Part shown: positions 1 through 15,500 of the stretch, piece after piece
Numbering within the stretch: the stretch's first letter is position 1
How the letters are laid out: each line of letters begins with the position of its first letter
Notes under the pieces: model-generated
The model's database searches: none
Told to the model about the DNA's origin: nothing
What the model saw: only the letters and a program-made list of their open reading frames with translations
Translations under genes and position numbers: made by a program
Assembly: GCA_965112735.1 (NCBI GenBank)
Contig: OZ218957.1
Location: 1,364,001-1,428,000 of the forward strand
Length of the DNA stretch: 64,000 nt
Direction: 5' to 3'
DNA from: Phaeosaccion multiseriatum
Taxonomy: Eukaryota > Protista > Ochrophyta, other classes

Positions 1-941
1 CCTCCAAAGAACTATGGGCAGCTGATGGAGAAGGCCAGCACGTGGCTCAAGCCGGAGGGAAAGCTGTTTGTGCACATCTTTTCGCACAAGGACTTCCCGT
101 ACCACTTCGAGATCGATGACGGCTTCATGGGAAAGTACTTCTTCACGGGCGGAACAAGTGAGTACAGCAGTGAAGGAGTGAGTCGAGTGGTGGAGGGAGG
201 GAGTAGGCGACTGTGTATGCGTGCGTGTGTGTGTGCGTGAATGGGTCGGTTGGCTTGGTCAGTGAAGTGAGTGAGCGAAGTGAGGAGTGAGGGAGTGAGG
301 AATCCATTGAGCGAGACAGGAAGAGGGTGTGCGTGCCTTGCTCTTTCACCAAGGTGACCGGCGCTCTCATCTTATGCTGGTGCCCCCCCCCCATATAGCC
401 TGCTCACCCCCCCCCCTCCCTCCCTCCCTCCCTCCCTCCCTCCCTCCTTCCCTCCCTTCCTCCAGTGCCTTCGGACGACCTTCTGCTCTACTTCCAGGAC
501 CACTTCAAGATCCAGCGTCATTGGAGAGTCAACGGCACGCACTACTCCAAGACGTCGGAGGCTTGGCTAAAGCAGATGGATGACAACAAAGCAGAGGTGT
601 GTGTGTATGTGTGTGTGTGTGGCTAAAGCAGATGGACGACAACAAAGCAGATCTGTGTGCGTGTGCTATGTGTGAGACAAACGTCACGAGAAGGGAACGA
701 AGGTAGTCCAATAGCTCCTCCTCTGATATCTCCTCCCTCTCTCCCTCCCCGCCTCTCTCCCCCCCCGCCTCTCCCCCCCCCCAAGATTATGCCCATTCTG
801 ACAAAGATCTACGGAGAGGGAGAGGAGACCAAGTGGTTTGTTTACTGGAGGCTCTTTTACATCGCATGCGCGGAGCTGTTCGGCTTCGCGGGTGGCGAGG
901 AGTGGCTGGTGAGCCACTACCTCTTCCAAAAGGCGACATAG
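1..941 (+). CDS. SAM-dependent methyltransferase, cyclopropane-fatty-acyl-phospholipid synthase / (S)-coclaurine N-methyltransferase-like, 3' part. Exons <1-157, 466-596, 786-941
   Basis: Spliced translation reads ...WLKPEGKLFVHIFSHK...YFFTGGT|MPSDDLLLYFQDHF...WRVNGTHYSKTSEAWL...|...YWRLFYIACAELFGFAGGEEWLVSHYLF, typical family motifs. Introns 158-465 and 597-785 are GT..AG and keep the frame. Confidence 0.9.
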
Positions 942-1618
942 ATCGCAGACACAATTTTGCCTCTTTTTTGTTATATCGTACAGCCACAGCCGTCTATACA
1001 CGACTGTGCCACAACATGCTTCATGCTCGGCCCTATCTTGTTTTACGCTCGCCCTGCTTTCGGGAGACTGCCGTACGACGACACGATCCTCCTTTCATTT
1101 TCATTTCGGGGCTAATCTAAGAACCTACTTCATCCTACATGGAAGTGTGCGCTCCGAAAGCTGTCGGCTGTTATAAAAATAGCCTTCGGGAGGGGCGAGC
1201 AATACATTATTACAGAAGAAACTATCTTTTAATCTAAAAAAAAACAAGAGGGGGGAGAAATCATCTCACCAAAGTACAGCTCCAGTCCCGAGGTATCAAC
1301 GTCCGCGCCTCTTCTTCTCCCTCGCCCCCACCATGCCCTCCTCCAGCACCTCCCACTCGTCCTGGTCTACAATAAAAGGATACCCCAACACCTCTCAGCT
1401 GGGTACCCCAACACCACACACCTCTCTGTAGGATATCCCATACACTTGTATGTATCCTGCGCGACAATCAAGAAGCACCTAATGCTTGACGTGTGCGCAG
1501 AGTATTGCGGTGCACTGTTGTGGTTTTCTCCCCGCCCCCCCCCCTCTCTCTTACAACTGTACCTCTCTCTGTTGTATGTATATGTGTGTGTGCTCATTTG
1601 CACCTTGCCTTCATCATG

Positions 1619-1669
<51 letters not shown>

Positions 1670-1697
1670 GTCTCTGTGTGTGTTTGTGCGCGCGTGC

Positions 1698-4242
<2,545 letters not shown>

Positions 4243-4579
4243 GCTGTCCGCGCCCGCAATGCTCCAATTAAAGTAGAAGTTCGCTGTGCTCACGTCGAGA
4301 GGGCCAACCCGTTGATAAAAGGGGGTGCAAAAGACCGCCATCGACTGCCTTCCTTTCTCAATCTCCCGCATTCCACTGCATCGCACTTTTGCACACTTTT
4401 GTTCTACAAACAGGCCCTTTAAACGACCACAACCTACTGAGATGAGGTAGACCAGATCAACACCATCCACCACGTCACCAGGCCTTTCCTGATGCTCGCA
4501 GCAGCAGCAGTAGACGCCACTGAAGAGGAAGGGAGAGAGCAGGGAAGAGACATTCTAAGAGAGGACTAGGCCTTTCCTG

Positions 4580-7500
4580 ATGCCAGCAGGGAATGGGAGA
4601 GAAAAAGGGGATGAAGGCGGACATGAAAGGCAGGAGGAGCCAGAGATGGTCTCGGAATGGGCCGCTCTGGCTTTCAACTATCTCCCTTCGATTGCAAAGC
4701 CCGACGGAGCTCTATCGAGACGAGCATCTGTTGTTGCAGTAGTGAATGCCTTTGAAGCAAAGCTGGAGGAGTGCTTGGCGACTCTACGGGCGCTTCGGGA
4801 CTCAGGTGTTCGTCGTGAGCACGAGGAAGGGGGCAGGAGGGGGTCCCCCAAGGATGAGGCAGAGGAGCAGGAGCAGGAGAGGGTTGCATCAGAGCTGACG
4901 GCCTGTAGACTGCAAGAAGTGGCCTGCGCAGAGCTCCCTTGCCTTTTTGAAGCGCTGCACATCTCGGCAAGCCTCGGGCCGAGGGAAGCGGAGCGGGTGG
5001 TGGCGTTTTACCGAGTTGTACTGCGCTTCATCACTGGCTGCTTGAGCCTCGACGTCCTCCAGCGCCGTCCTCACGCCTTCCCCCTGGAGCCTCTATACCA
5101 CATCCTCCTCCACTTGTCGTCCTTCGACCCACAGCCGCTGCAGTACCTAAAGAAGGCGTATCTGGGGACCACTCTATTTCAACACCACGGTCGGCCCGTG
5201 TGGCGCGCCTACCTGGCACGAAGCTCTCACTTTTGGCCGGACGAGGGAGGTAAGCTTGCTGTCCCTGTCGAGGCCGTGGGATGGAGAGTCTACGTGCATG
5301 ATGAGTGGGGCGAGCTCAGGAGTCGCGCACGGAGGAGGAGGCGGAGTAGCAGCAGCAGTAGCAGTAGTAGCACTGGCAGCAGCAGCAGCAGTAGACGAGG
5401 ACGGCATCAGGAGAGGACAGGGGGCGAACAGCAAGGAGGGGGGGCTCACCAGCAGCGACAAACCGGGGTCAGTCTCAGCCTGGAGAAGCCGTGGGTCCAG
5501 GCCACGATTGTGTCGGTGCGGCGAGTGCTGCACGGGGGTGGAGGGGGTGGCGAGGCAGAGACCACAACCAACTTGCATTCGCTCCGATTAGAGTGTGTGC
5601 TCTTGTCCGATCTCGACGCTCCAGACTATAGACAAGTGGGGGGTGCAGACGAGGCTTCGAGCCAGGGCGTAGTGGTAGAGGCTAATCTCAGTCATGTTAA
5701 CCTTCGCTGGGTGGAGCGTGTTTCAGACCAGACGGGCGGGAGTGACGCCACACAGGGGGGGGGCGTAGCAATAGGACCGCCTGGCTTCGAAGATCAGAGG
5801 GGCCCTGGAAGGCTCAGCCACAGTGCCGCTGATGAGGGGCGGCGAGTGAAAATCTGGTGGGAGAGGTACAACTGCTACTACCATGGGACCGTCCAGAGGT
5901 GGGACGCTGCCACTCGCGGGCACGTCATTGCCTATGACGACGGAGAGGTAAGGCCCTACCGAATGGAGACCAAGCAGTACTTCCTAGTGGGACCCGACAC
6001 TGAGAGCGACACGCAGCAGCACCACCAGCAGCACCAGCAGCAGCAGCAGCAGCAGTTGGTGGTACAGCAGGAGGAGGCTGTGCAGGAGGGGCTGCAGCCT
6101 GCGGAGTCGACGACCAACAGCGCCGCCCAGTGGGTGAGGAGGGTACCTGCGCATCAAGCCACCTCAGTCAGTCTGTACCAGCTGCAGCTCATGGAGGCCT
6201 TTGGGGAGATGGGTGGGTGGACGGCTGTGGCGTCTCATCTGAGGGCAGAGGAAGGCGTGTCCTTCGGAGATGTGCAGCTCTGTCTGCGGATGCTTCCCTT
6301 CCTGCGCATGAGACTTGCTCCGTGGGCCTTCAGAGAAGTGCTTTGGGACATGAAGGAGTGCCTCCCTTCGGCCATTCTCAGCCTCAGCGACGACCATGTG
6401 AGTGAATGAGTGAGTGGGTGAGGGAGTGAGTGAGTGAGTGAGTGAGGGAGTGAGTGAGGTGTGATGATGGGTGGATGGGTAGATGAATTAGATGGACGGA
6501 TGGATGGGAGGGAGGGAGGGAGCAGTACTGGACCTACCTGTGTTGCGCTTGGCTGTACACATGCACACATAACAATAAGGCTCGGCCGACTGGCCCTCCT
6601 CGTATTATGATCGAGATCGAGATCGAGATCGAGATCGAGATCGAGCCAGCCGTTGGTGCTGACTCACCCGCACCCACACACCCGCCTTCCTTCTTTCTTC
6701 CTTCCCCTTTCTCCTCCTCCCCCTACCCACAACACAACCCCCCCCCCCCTCTCTCTCCCTCTCTCTCTCCCTCTCTTTCTCTCTCTCCCTCCCTCTCTCT
6801 CTCTCTCTCTCTCCCCCTTTCTCTCTCCCTCTCTCTCTCCCCTTCTCTCCCCCCCCCCCCCTCTCTTTCTCTCTCTCTCTCTATCTATCTATCTCTCCCT
6901 CTTTCTCTCTCCCTCCCCGCCGTCTCTCTCCCTCTCTCCCCCTCGCCGCAGATCCGCTTGCTTAAGAAAGGCGATGTGGAGCATGCGCAGGCCCTCTTGG
7001 CCCAGGCCCTGACCCTAGCAATGGGCCAGACCAAGGAGGGGGAGCCCCACCCCCGCCTGCAGCACGCCCTCGACGTGCTCTCTCTGGACGTGTCTATGAG
7101 ACTCTTCCGCTGCTCGCAGGTGCGGAGTGAGGTGTGGGCTGACGTGTCTTCTTTCTCCTCCTCCTTCTCCTTCTCCTTATTCTTCTCCTCCTTTTCCTCC
7201 TCCTCCGCCTCCGCCTCCTCCTCCTCCCCCTGCTGCTGCTGCTGCTGCTCTTCCTGCTCCTCCTCCTCGCTCCTCTATCCTTCTTTACCACCTCATCCTC
7301 CTCCTACTGCTGTGCTGCTCTATCCTCCATCCTCCCTGCTTCTCCTTCTCCTTCTCCTCCTCCTCCTCCTCCTCCTCCTCCTCCTCCTCCTCCTCCTCCT
7401 CCTCCCTCCCTCCCTCCCTCCCTCCCTCACCTCTGTTTATTAATGCCCCCCCCCACCCACCCCTTCAGTTGGAGAAGCGGCTGCTGGGCCTCGGACAGAT

Positions 7501-9338
7501 CAAGGCGAAAGTAGAACAAGCAGCAAAGAGCTCGAGTGGTGGCGCGGAAGCAGCCTTTATAGAGAGGTGGCTCCTGGCCTCGGGCTTTGTGGAGGAATTG
7601 ACGGGGGACAGCATGAACGCAGAGCTTGTGCGGAGGGCGGAAGGCGTCCTGTGCTTCTTGGCGAACAGAGACGCCCTCTCCTCGTCTCACCTCGATGCGC
7701 TGTGGCAGGCTAGCTTAGGGAAGCATGAGGCGGAGCGGAAGGTAGGCAGGCTCAAGCGTGGGAGGGGGGCGGGGGGAGAGGAGGGGAATGTGATACATCT
7801 CTCGTTGCTTGGGAAAGGCTCCTTCCTCCTCCTCCTCCTCCTCCTCCTCCTCCTCCTCCTCCTCCTCCCCCTCCTCCTCCTCCTCCTCCTCCTCCTCCTC
7901 CTCCACGTTCTCCTCCTCCACGTTCTCCTCCTCCTCCTCCTCCTCCTCCTCCTCCTCCTCCTCCTCCTCCTCCTCCTCCTCCTCCTCCTCCTCCTCCTCC
8001 TCCTTCTCCTCCTCTCTTCCTACTGCTGCTGCTGCTCCCCCATCAGTGACACCCCCCCCGCCCCCCCTCGACGCCCCGTGCACAACCTCTCTACCTCTTT
8101 ACCTGGTGTCAGGCCCTGTACGAAGTGGTGGCGGGGCTTGTGTCGGTCCTGACACCTCCCAAACGCCTCGTGCTCTTCTCGTGTCTCGCGGAGACGCCCT
8201 TCCGCCACTGCATCAAGGCCACCCTCCACCTCATTTACGAATTCACAGTAAAGACCCTGCAAGCGACTCGACAACAGTCAGATGCAGCCACGGGAGGCAG
8301 CAGCAGCAGCGGCGGCGGCGGTAGTGGCAGTGGTGGTGCGGCAAGTGTGAAGCCACTCCTGGCAGCGTCGGGGGGGGTGTCTGGGGGAGCTTTACCGCTC
8401 TCTCTAGGCGACAGAGCTGGTGGCCCGTCGGGCTCTCCCGTCTTGGAGGCAGGTGGAGGAGATGGTGTGGGGGGAGCAGCAGCAGCAGCAGGAGATGTGG
8501 CGTCGACTTCGAAACTACGAAGGGGACAGGTGCGTGAGTTGCGAGGGTTTTTTTTACTTCCTGAGGATGTTTGTCTGTGCCCTCTCTTCTTGCGGCCGTG
8601 ATGGGTGAGGGATGTTATTTTCTGATCCATCTCTCGCGCAAACCATGACGCTTGTCCCTCCCTCCCTCCCTCCCTCTCTCCCTCCCTCCCTCCCTCCCTC
8701 CCTCCCTCCCTCCCTCCCTCCCTCCCTCCCTCCCTCCCTCCCTCCCTCTCTCCCTCCCTCCCTCCCTCCCTCCCTCCCTCCCTCCCTCCCTCCCTTCCTT
8801 CCTTCCTCCCTCCCTCCCTCCCTCCCTCCCTCCCTTCCTTCCTTCCTCCCTCCCTCCCTCCCTCCCTCCCTCCCTCCCTCCCTCCCCCCTCCTCCTCCTC
8901 CTCCTCCTCCTCCTCCTCCTCCTCCTCCTCCTCCGTACACCACCATCCCTTCCATCAGGTGGTACACTCTCTGGAGAAGGACTGGCTCGGCTATGGCCTG
9001 CTCTGGTCCTTCATCCAAGACGGTGGCTCCCCCAGCAGCAGCAGCACCACCACCACCACAACCAGCAGCAGCAGCAGCAGCCCGGCCGGAAGCAACGGGT
9101 CGGCAGGCATATCAGCAGAGCTGACGGCTGTGGCAGTGGACCTCCTAGTCCAACTGCTGCAGGAGCCCGAGATCTCCGAGCAGAGGGGCCCTCTCGTGAC
9201 CCGCTGCATCCAGAACCTGCGCATGCATCGCAGCGTGCCCACGTCCCTCATGGTGCTAAGGAGGGCCATTTGCACCCTCCCGCTGCAGACCAAGGGGTTC
9301 TTTGGCGGTTTCGTGGGTGAGTCGGGGAGAGAGAGAGG

Positions 9339-9370
<32 letters not shown>

Positions 9371-10575
9371 AGGGCTGGGTCTCCGTATGGGTCGCCCCAC
9401 ACGTGCTCACATCTAGTCCCCTTCCCTTGTGCCTCTACACGCCGTATGCGTCCTTCTCGGCAACCCCCCCCCCCCTTTCTCCTCCTCTCTCCCCCTCTTC
9501 CCCTCAACGACACCTCCCTCCTAACCCCCTTCGTTCTGCCTGCCCCTTCCCCTCCCTCTGCCCCGCCACCTCCCTCCCTTTGCCCCCTTGAACCAAAGGC
9601 TTTGGAAGGAGCAAGGAGAACAGCGTGAGCGGGGTGCTCAGTGACCTGGAAAAGTCTCAACAGCTCTCCAAGCTTCTCTTCGACGACCTACACGCCTATC
9701 AGGACTCCATTCGGACACAGTACATAGACATTGGTGGGGGGAGGCGAAGTAGCAGCAATGGCAGTGACTCACTACACTCGGACGCAACGGCAAAGACGAA
9801 GGCAGGGATGGGAGGAGGAGGAGAAGGAGGAGGAGGAGGAGGAGGAGCGAAGCATTCGTCCCGCAAGAGAGAAGCCAAGGCTCTGCAGAGGCTGGAGCAG
9901 ATGCGAGTGCGGGTGCAGGGTGTGGCGACTCGATACACACATGTGGAGCATCTCGAAACGCGCCTCGACTTCCTGCTCTTCACACTCACCAACTCCAGCC
10001 TCATGCTCGACAACACGCAGGTACGGCACGTCGGCGCAGTCGGTGCGGTGTTCGCAGAGAGAGAGAGAGAGACACACACACGCCAAAGAAGGAGGAGGGA
10101 ATGAGGAGGAGCGCGACAGCCCCTCGTGACTGACCACATTTACCCGTATGCCTGTGTACCCGCCTACTCTGCCCTTTGTTATCCTTCGGGGCTCTCATCC
10201 TACATCCGCTCTGCTCTGCTCTGCTCTGCTCTGCCCATATGCCTCTGCTCTGCCCTGCCTGCCCATATCCCTCTACTCTGCCCTGCCCTGCCCTGCCCTG
10301 CCCATACGCCTCTGCTCTGCCCTGCATGGCCGCTATACCTCTTTTCTGCTTCTCCCAGCTGGACTCTCTGTGGCGGTGCGTAGTAGAGGGCGCCATGACT
10401 GCGGCAAGCTGCGACGCTGCCCTCGACCGCATGCTCGTCCTCTGCGGCTCGGCCATGGGCAGCAGCGCCAGTGTAAGTGCTAGTGTGGTGGCCCAGCCTG
10501 TCCACTCACAGAATGTCAACCAAGCAGCCGTGTCGTCTTCGGCAGCAGCGGCGGCGTCGGTGGCATCAGCATCAG

Positions 10576-10606
<31 letters not shown>

Positions 10607-12537
10607 AGCAGCAAGCGGCGAGGGCAGCAGTGGCGTGAGGGGCATGAGGGGAGTGAGGAGCGTTGGGGAGGGCATTTTGGGGCCCATGCCTGCTGTGGCG
10701 GAAAGTGCCTTACCCTTCCTGCTGCGGGACGTGCTGCCCAGGATGGTGAACAAGGCACCCTCGGAAGGTAAGTACACAAAGAGGCCCACAGGACGGACGG
10801 ACTCAGGGAACACCCTTCTTGTTGTTGTTCTTGTTGTTGTTCTTCCTTCCTTCTTCTGCTCCTTCTACTTTCTCCCCCCCCCCCTTGTTGTTTTGGCTAG
10901 GGTTGGAGTGTTGTTTTTGTGCTGTCGTTTGACGAGCGCGTTGTGTGTCACATTTGAGTCACGCAAGTACAGTAGCAAAAGTTTTTTTGTTCTTTTTGTC
11001 TTTCTGAACCGACCAACCCCTTTCTCTTCTCGTGTTCGCGCTCTATCTCAGGCATGCGACCAGGCCTAGGGAGACTCTTCACTTTGCTGTTCCTGTACTT
11101 GAACGAGCAGGCCAAGTTCATTCTGAGGCTTGGGGGGGGACGGGGGGATGTGTCATCGTCAGACGTCACGGGAGGAGAGGAGGGGGGGCGGGGCTACAGC
11201 TAGGGACGGCAGCTGACGGCGGTCGAGGAGGAGGAGGAGGAGGAGGAGGAGGAGGAGGCGATAGCAGGAAGGGTTTAGGCATAGGGACACTCATCGAGAG
11301 TGCCAAGGCAGGGGCAGGGGCGCCAATAGCAAGCAGAGGAGGCGGGCCGAATGGGGCGAATGAGTGGGAGGGGTGGGTACGAGTGGCCTTGGATGTTGTC
11401 GGCTTGCATACGCTGTGGAGCCTCGCACTCGATGCCAGCGACAAACACGTGTGCCAGTCCGCCGGGGACTTACTCCTTCAGCTGCACCTACGCATTGGGG
11501 GAGGGGATGGGGGTGGAGGCATGTCCTCTTCGAGAGGAGGCAAGAAGGAGAAAGGAGGAGGAGGAGGAGGAGGAGGAGGAGGAGGAGGAGGGGATGCGAA
11601 GGGCAACGCCAATTCCTCCTCGTCCTTGGCTACGGCCTCAGCTTCACCCCTCGCTTCGGGCTCGCTCGCCTTAGTGACCTCCTCCTCCTCATCCTCCTCC
11701 TCCTCCGCCTCCTCCTCGGCGAGTCTGTCCAGGGAGGTACGGTCGCAGTTTGTTGACACTTGTCTGCAGAGGATCGGGGAGTCAGTGCCCATCATGCAGC
11801 GTCTCAGAGGCGGCGGCAGCAGCAGGAAGAGGAGTAGAAGCGGTACAAGTAGCTCCACGGCCACGCACACACCCGCTGCCGGCGGTGCTGTCGTCAGTGC
11901 GGAGGAAGATGGAGGAGGAGAGGGAGGAGGAGGAGGAGGAGGAGGAGGAGGAGGAGGAGGAGGAGGAGGAGGAGGAGGAGGAGGAGACGAGGCGCAGAAG
12001 CATACGCGGCGCGTGGGTAGATGCATCTTGCTGCTCAAGAGATTCGTAGACGGCGACAGCAGCAAGCCGGGAGGGGAAGGGCCGAGTCCGACGCACAGGG
12101 TGAGTGAGAGGCGGTCGGCCGGTCAATCGGCCGGTCAGTCACGCGGCTGGCCCCAGGGTACTAACTACGTTGCTCCCCGTTGGTTGTTCGCGTGTGTCTT
12201 GTCTTTGATCTATGCCCGAACTGGCCCAACGCCGCCTCACTCCCTCACTCCCTCCCTCCCTCCCGTATGTAGATGAGTGTTAATTCCTTTCGTCCGAGCG
12301 GCTGTAGCGATGGGTGTCTGTTTCCTTCATGTAAAATCATTCACTGACGTACTTACTTCCTTACGTACAACACACAGGCCGTGACCATTGTGATCCTGAG
12401 CGGAACGGGGCGACTGTCCCCGTTGTTTGAGGCCGACAGTTACGCTTGCAGCTCAGTTGCAAAGCTCCGAAGGGACATCGCCCTCTACATTGGCGAAGAC
12501 GAGAAGGACTTGGAGCTGTGCAAGCGCGTACAGCACC

Positions 12538-12587
<50 letters not shown>

Positions 12588-15500
12588 GGGGGGGGGGCTT
12601 TCGATCGATAGTCAATTGTGTCGTGTGTTATCCCCTCCGATCCGCTAGCGAACTGACGTCGTACTCTGCCCTGCTGTTCCTTGCGCGTTGCCCCTCTTCC
12701 CTTCCAACTCTTTATTACGACTCATTTCCTCCAACCCCGATGATCCGACTCGATCCCTGTCCGATTAGCTTCGGTACGGTGATGGAAGTCATCGAAGCCG
12801 ACGACACTTCGCTGGAAGCTGCCGGCATCGTGAGTAGCGAAGGGACGCCCCGCTTGCGTGGCTACGCTCATCCCAAGGCGAAGCTCAACGGCGTGACGTC
12901 ACCGGCCCCCCGGGGATGCGTGGTCTTGCGGCGCAGGGCCAGCATCGCCAAGGAGGAGAAGGAAGGGGAGGCGGTTGGGGAGGGGAGGGAGGGGAGGGAG
13001 GGGGGAAGCGACTTCGACGGAACTCCTCAACCTCCCTCTTCTCCCACCCCCCCCGGGACGGACTTGATCGTCCTCCCCGATCTCGAGGAGGGATTCTGTG
13101 CTGAGACGTCACCGTGGCTGTGGGCCTCTCTCGCTGTACCCCACGCGCACGAAGGGAGAGGGACAAACGTACGCCCCTTACGCCCTCACTGGAGGCGCTT
13201 CTTGCCGACTTTGCCTACCGGTACTGCTGGCACTGGTGCTGCTGGTGGTAGTGGTGGTGTTGGTACTACAGGGGGGCGTGATGAGATGAACAGCGCTGTC
13301 CCCCTTTCCGGCTCTTCTCACGGCGGGGGCACGGGGGGTGGCGATGCTTTGGAGGGTGGGCGTGTGCTGGCAAGTGTGCCGCGAACACCGAGCAGAATGA
13401 GCAGACCGAACACCGCGAGCAGCCCCGCCGCAAGGCCGCCCACCAAGGGAGGGAAAGGGGAAGGAGGTGTGTCGGGAACGGATGCCTCCACGCCATGTGG
13501 CACAGGGAGCGGCACGGACGGTGCTGGTGCTGGTGCTGGTGGCGGCGCGGCTAGCGGAGGAGGAGGAGGAGAGGAAAAGGCCGTTCCAAAGCTTAAGAGA
13601 ATCACATCTTCTCTTCGGCTGCCCCTTTCCCGCCCCCCTCTGCTGGCCAGCATTACCACAAGCCTCAAGAGCAGTTCTCCCGCCAAGGCTCAGCATCAGC
13701 AGCAGCCTGTCGGCAGCGGGGCCGCGGCGGCAGCTGCTGCCCATACGACTACCGCTGGTACTGCTGCTGCTGCTGCTGCGGCGGCGGCGGCCGCGGCCTC
13801 AGAGGGCGGGCCTCCCGTGGTGAGGGCAGGGGCGGGGGTAGATGGAGCAGGGGCAGGCGATAGTAAGGGGAAGGGGACTGGCCCGAGGGGCCCGAGCAGC
13901 TTCTCTCCCCGAGCGTTTCTGCGGAGCGCGTCTGCTGCTACTTCTGCTACATGCGGCGGTGAAGAGGACGCCGCTATTGGCAGTGGTAGCAGCGCTTCAG
14001 AGGCTGCGGACGACCTCAGGACTCTCCTGCCCTCTCCGCAGCCTCCCGTCAAGCACAAGAAGGGGGCCCTCGTGTTGGCTTTGAAGATGGGAAATGTGGT
14101 GAGGTCTCCACTCTCCGCGAGAGCGCTGCCTTCGCCTCCTTTGAGCGCGAGATGCATCGAATCATCGAGGGGGGAGGGAGGAGGAGTGGACGAAGGAGGA
14201 GGAAGAGGTGGAGGAGGAGGAGGAGGCGGGGGAGGGGGAGGGGGAAGTGAGCAACGAGTGCCAGGGGAGAACCCTTACCACTCCGAGCCCAGCAGCCTCC
14301 TCGGCGACACAAGTGCAGGCCTGAACACGAGCAATAACACCGCCCCGCTGCTGAACTACTTTGATCAGCTCTTCAGCATGCTGGACCTCGAGCTCGGCCC
14401 CACCAAGAGAGATGGCGCCAATGAGAGGGGCAAACTCGCCAGCAAGATGAGACGCACTACAGCTGCTGCAGAGGATTCAACAGCAGCAGTTGGTGACGGT
14501 ACATCAGCGTCGTCTGTGGACGTTCGTCGGTCTGTGTCTTCAATGGGGGCGTGGGACACAGGTGTGGACTTCAACGCGGCCATTTGGCACATTGTGCAAG
14601 CGCTGCCTATTCACATGTCGCTGCTCAACGAGCTCAGGAGTCTCAGCTTCGTGGGGAGTGGCTGCCACTGCACCACACAGTGCCCCAGCCCTATGCAATG
14701 CCCCTGTCCTATGCAATGCCCCGACCCTGCCGTGTGGTACTCTGTACTGGACCCCTCCTGCCCCTACAAGATGCTGTACGCACTGCAGGTGAGTGAGTGA
14801 GTGAGTGAGTGAGGGGGTGAGGGAGGGAGGGAGGAAGCCAGGGGGAGTGCGTGACTGAGTGAGGGAGTGAGTAAGTGGGTGGGTGGGTGGGTGAGTGAAG
14901 GAATGGGTGGATGAGTTGAGTGAGTGAGAGAGTGAGTCAGTGGCTGAGTGACTGGAGTGATTGAGTGGAGTGAGTGAGTGAGTGAGTGAGTCGAGGGCGT
15001 GACCCCGACCCGGGAGCTCTGCTCCTTCCTATCACCCTCTCCCAACGCTCTTCCTTCTCCCCCCCCCCTCCTCCTCCTCCTCCTCCTCCTCCTCCTCCTC
15101 CTCACCCTCCTCCTCCTCCTCCTCCTCCTCCTCCTCCTCCAGGTGTTGGATTCGCTCGCCACCGCCCCTGAGAACATGTTTCACACGTCGGCCTTGCTGA
15201 CGTGGTCCCTCTGCTTCATCGAATTGGGAGGCGTGACCCATTTAATCGCCGTCCTCAGGGACCTGTGCAGGCAAATCGTCTCCCTAGAAAAGGCAAAAGC
15301 AGCAGCGGCGGCAGCAGCTGTAGCAGCGAGAGCAGGCGGGGGGAGGAGTCAGAGAAGAAGGAAGAAGAGCGGGAACGGGGTGGGGGATTTTCCTGCCTCT
15401 TCTGCACCTGCATCTGCATCTGCATCATCGTCTTCCTCTGTCCCCTCCTCCTCTTCTCCTTCTTCTCCTTCTTCCTCTTCGTGGTCGTGGTCGTCCACTA

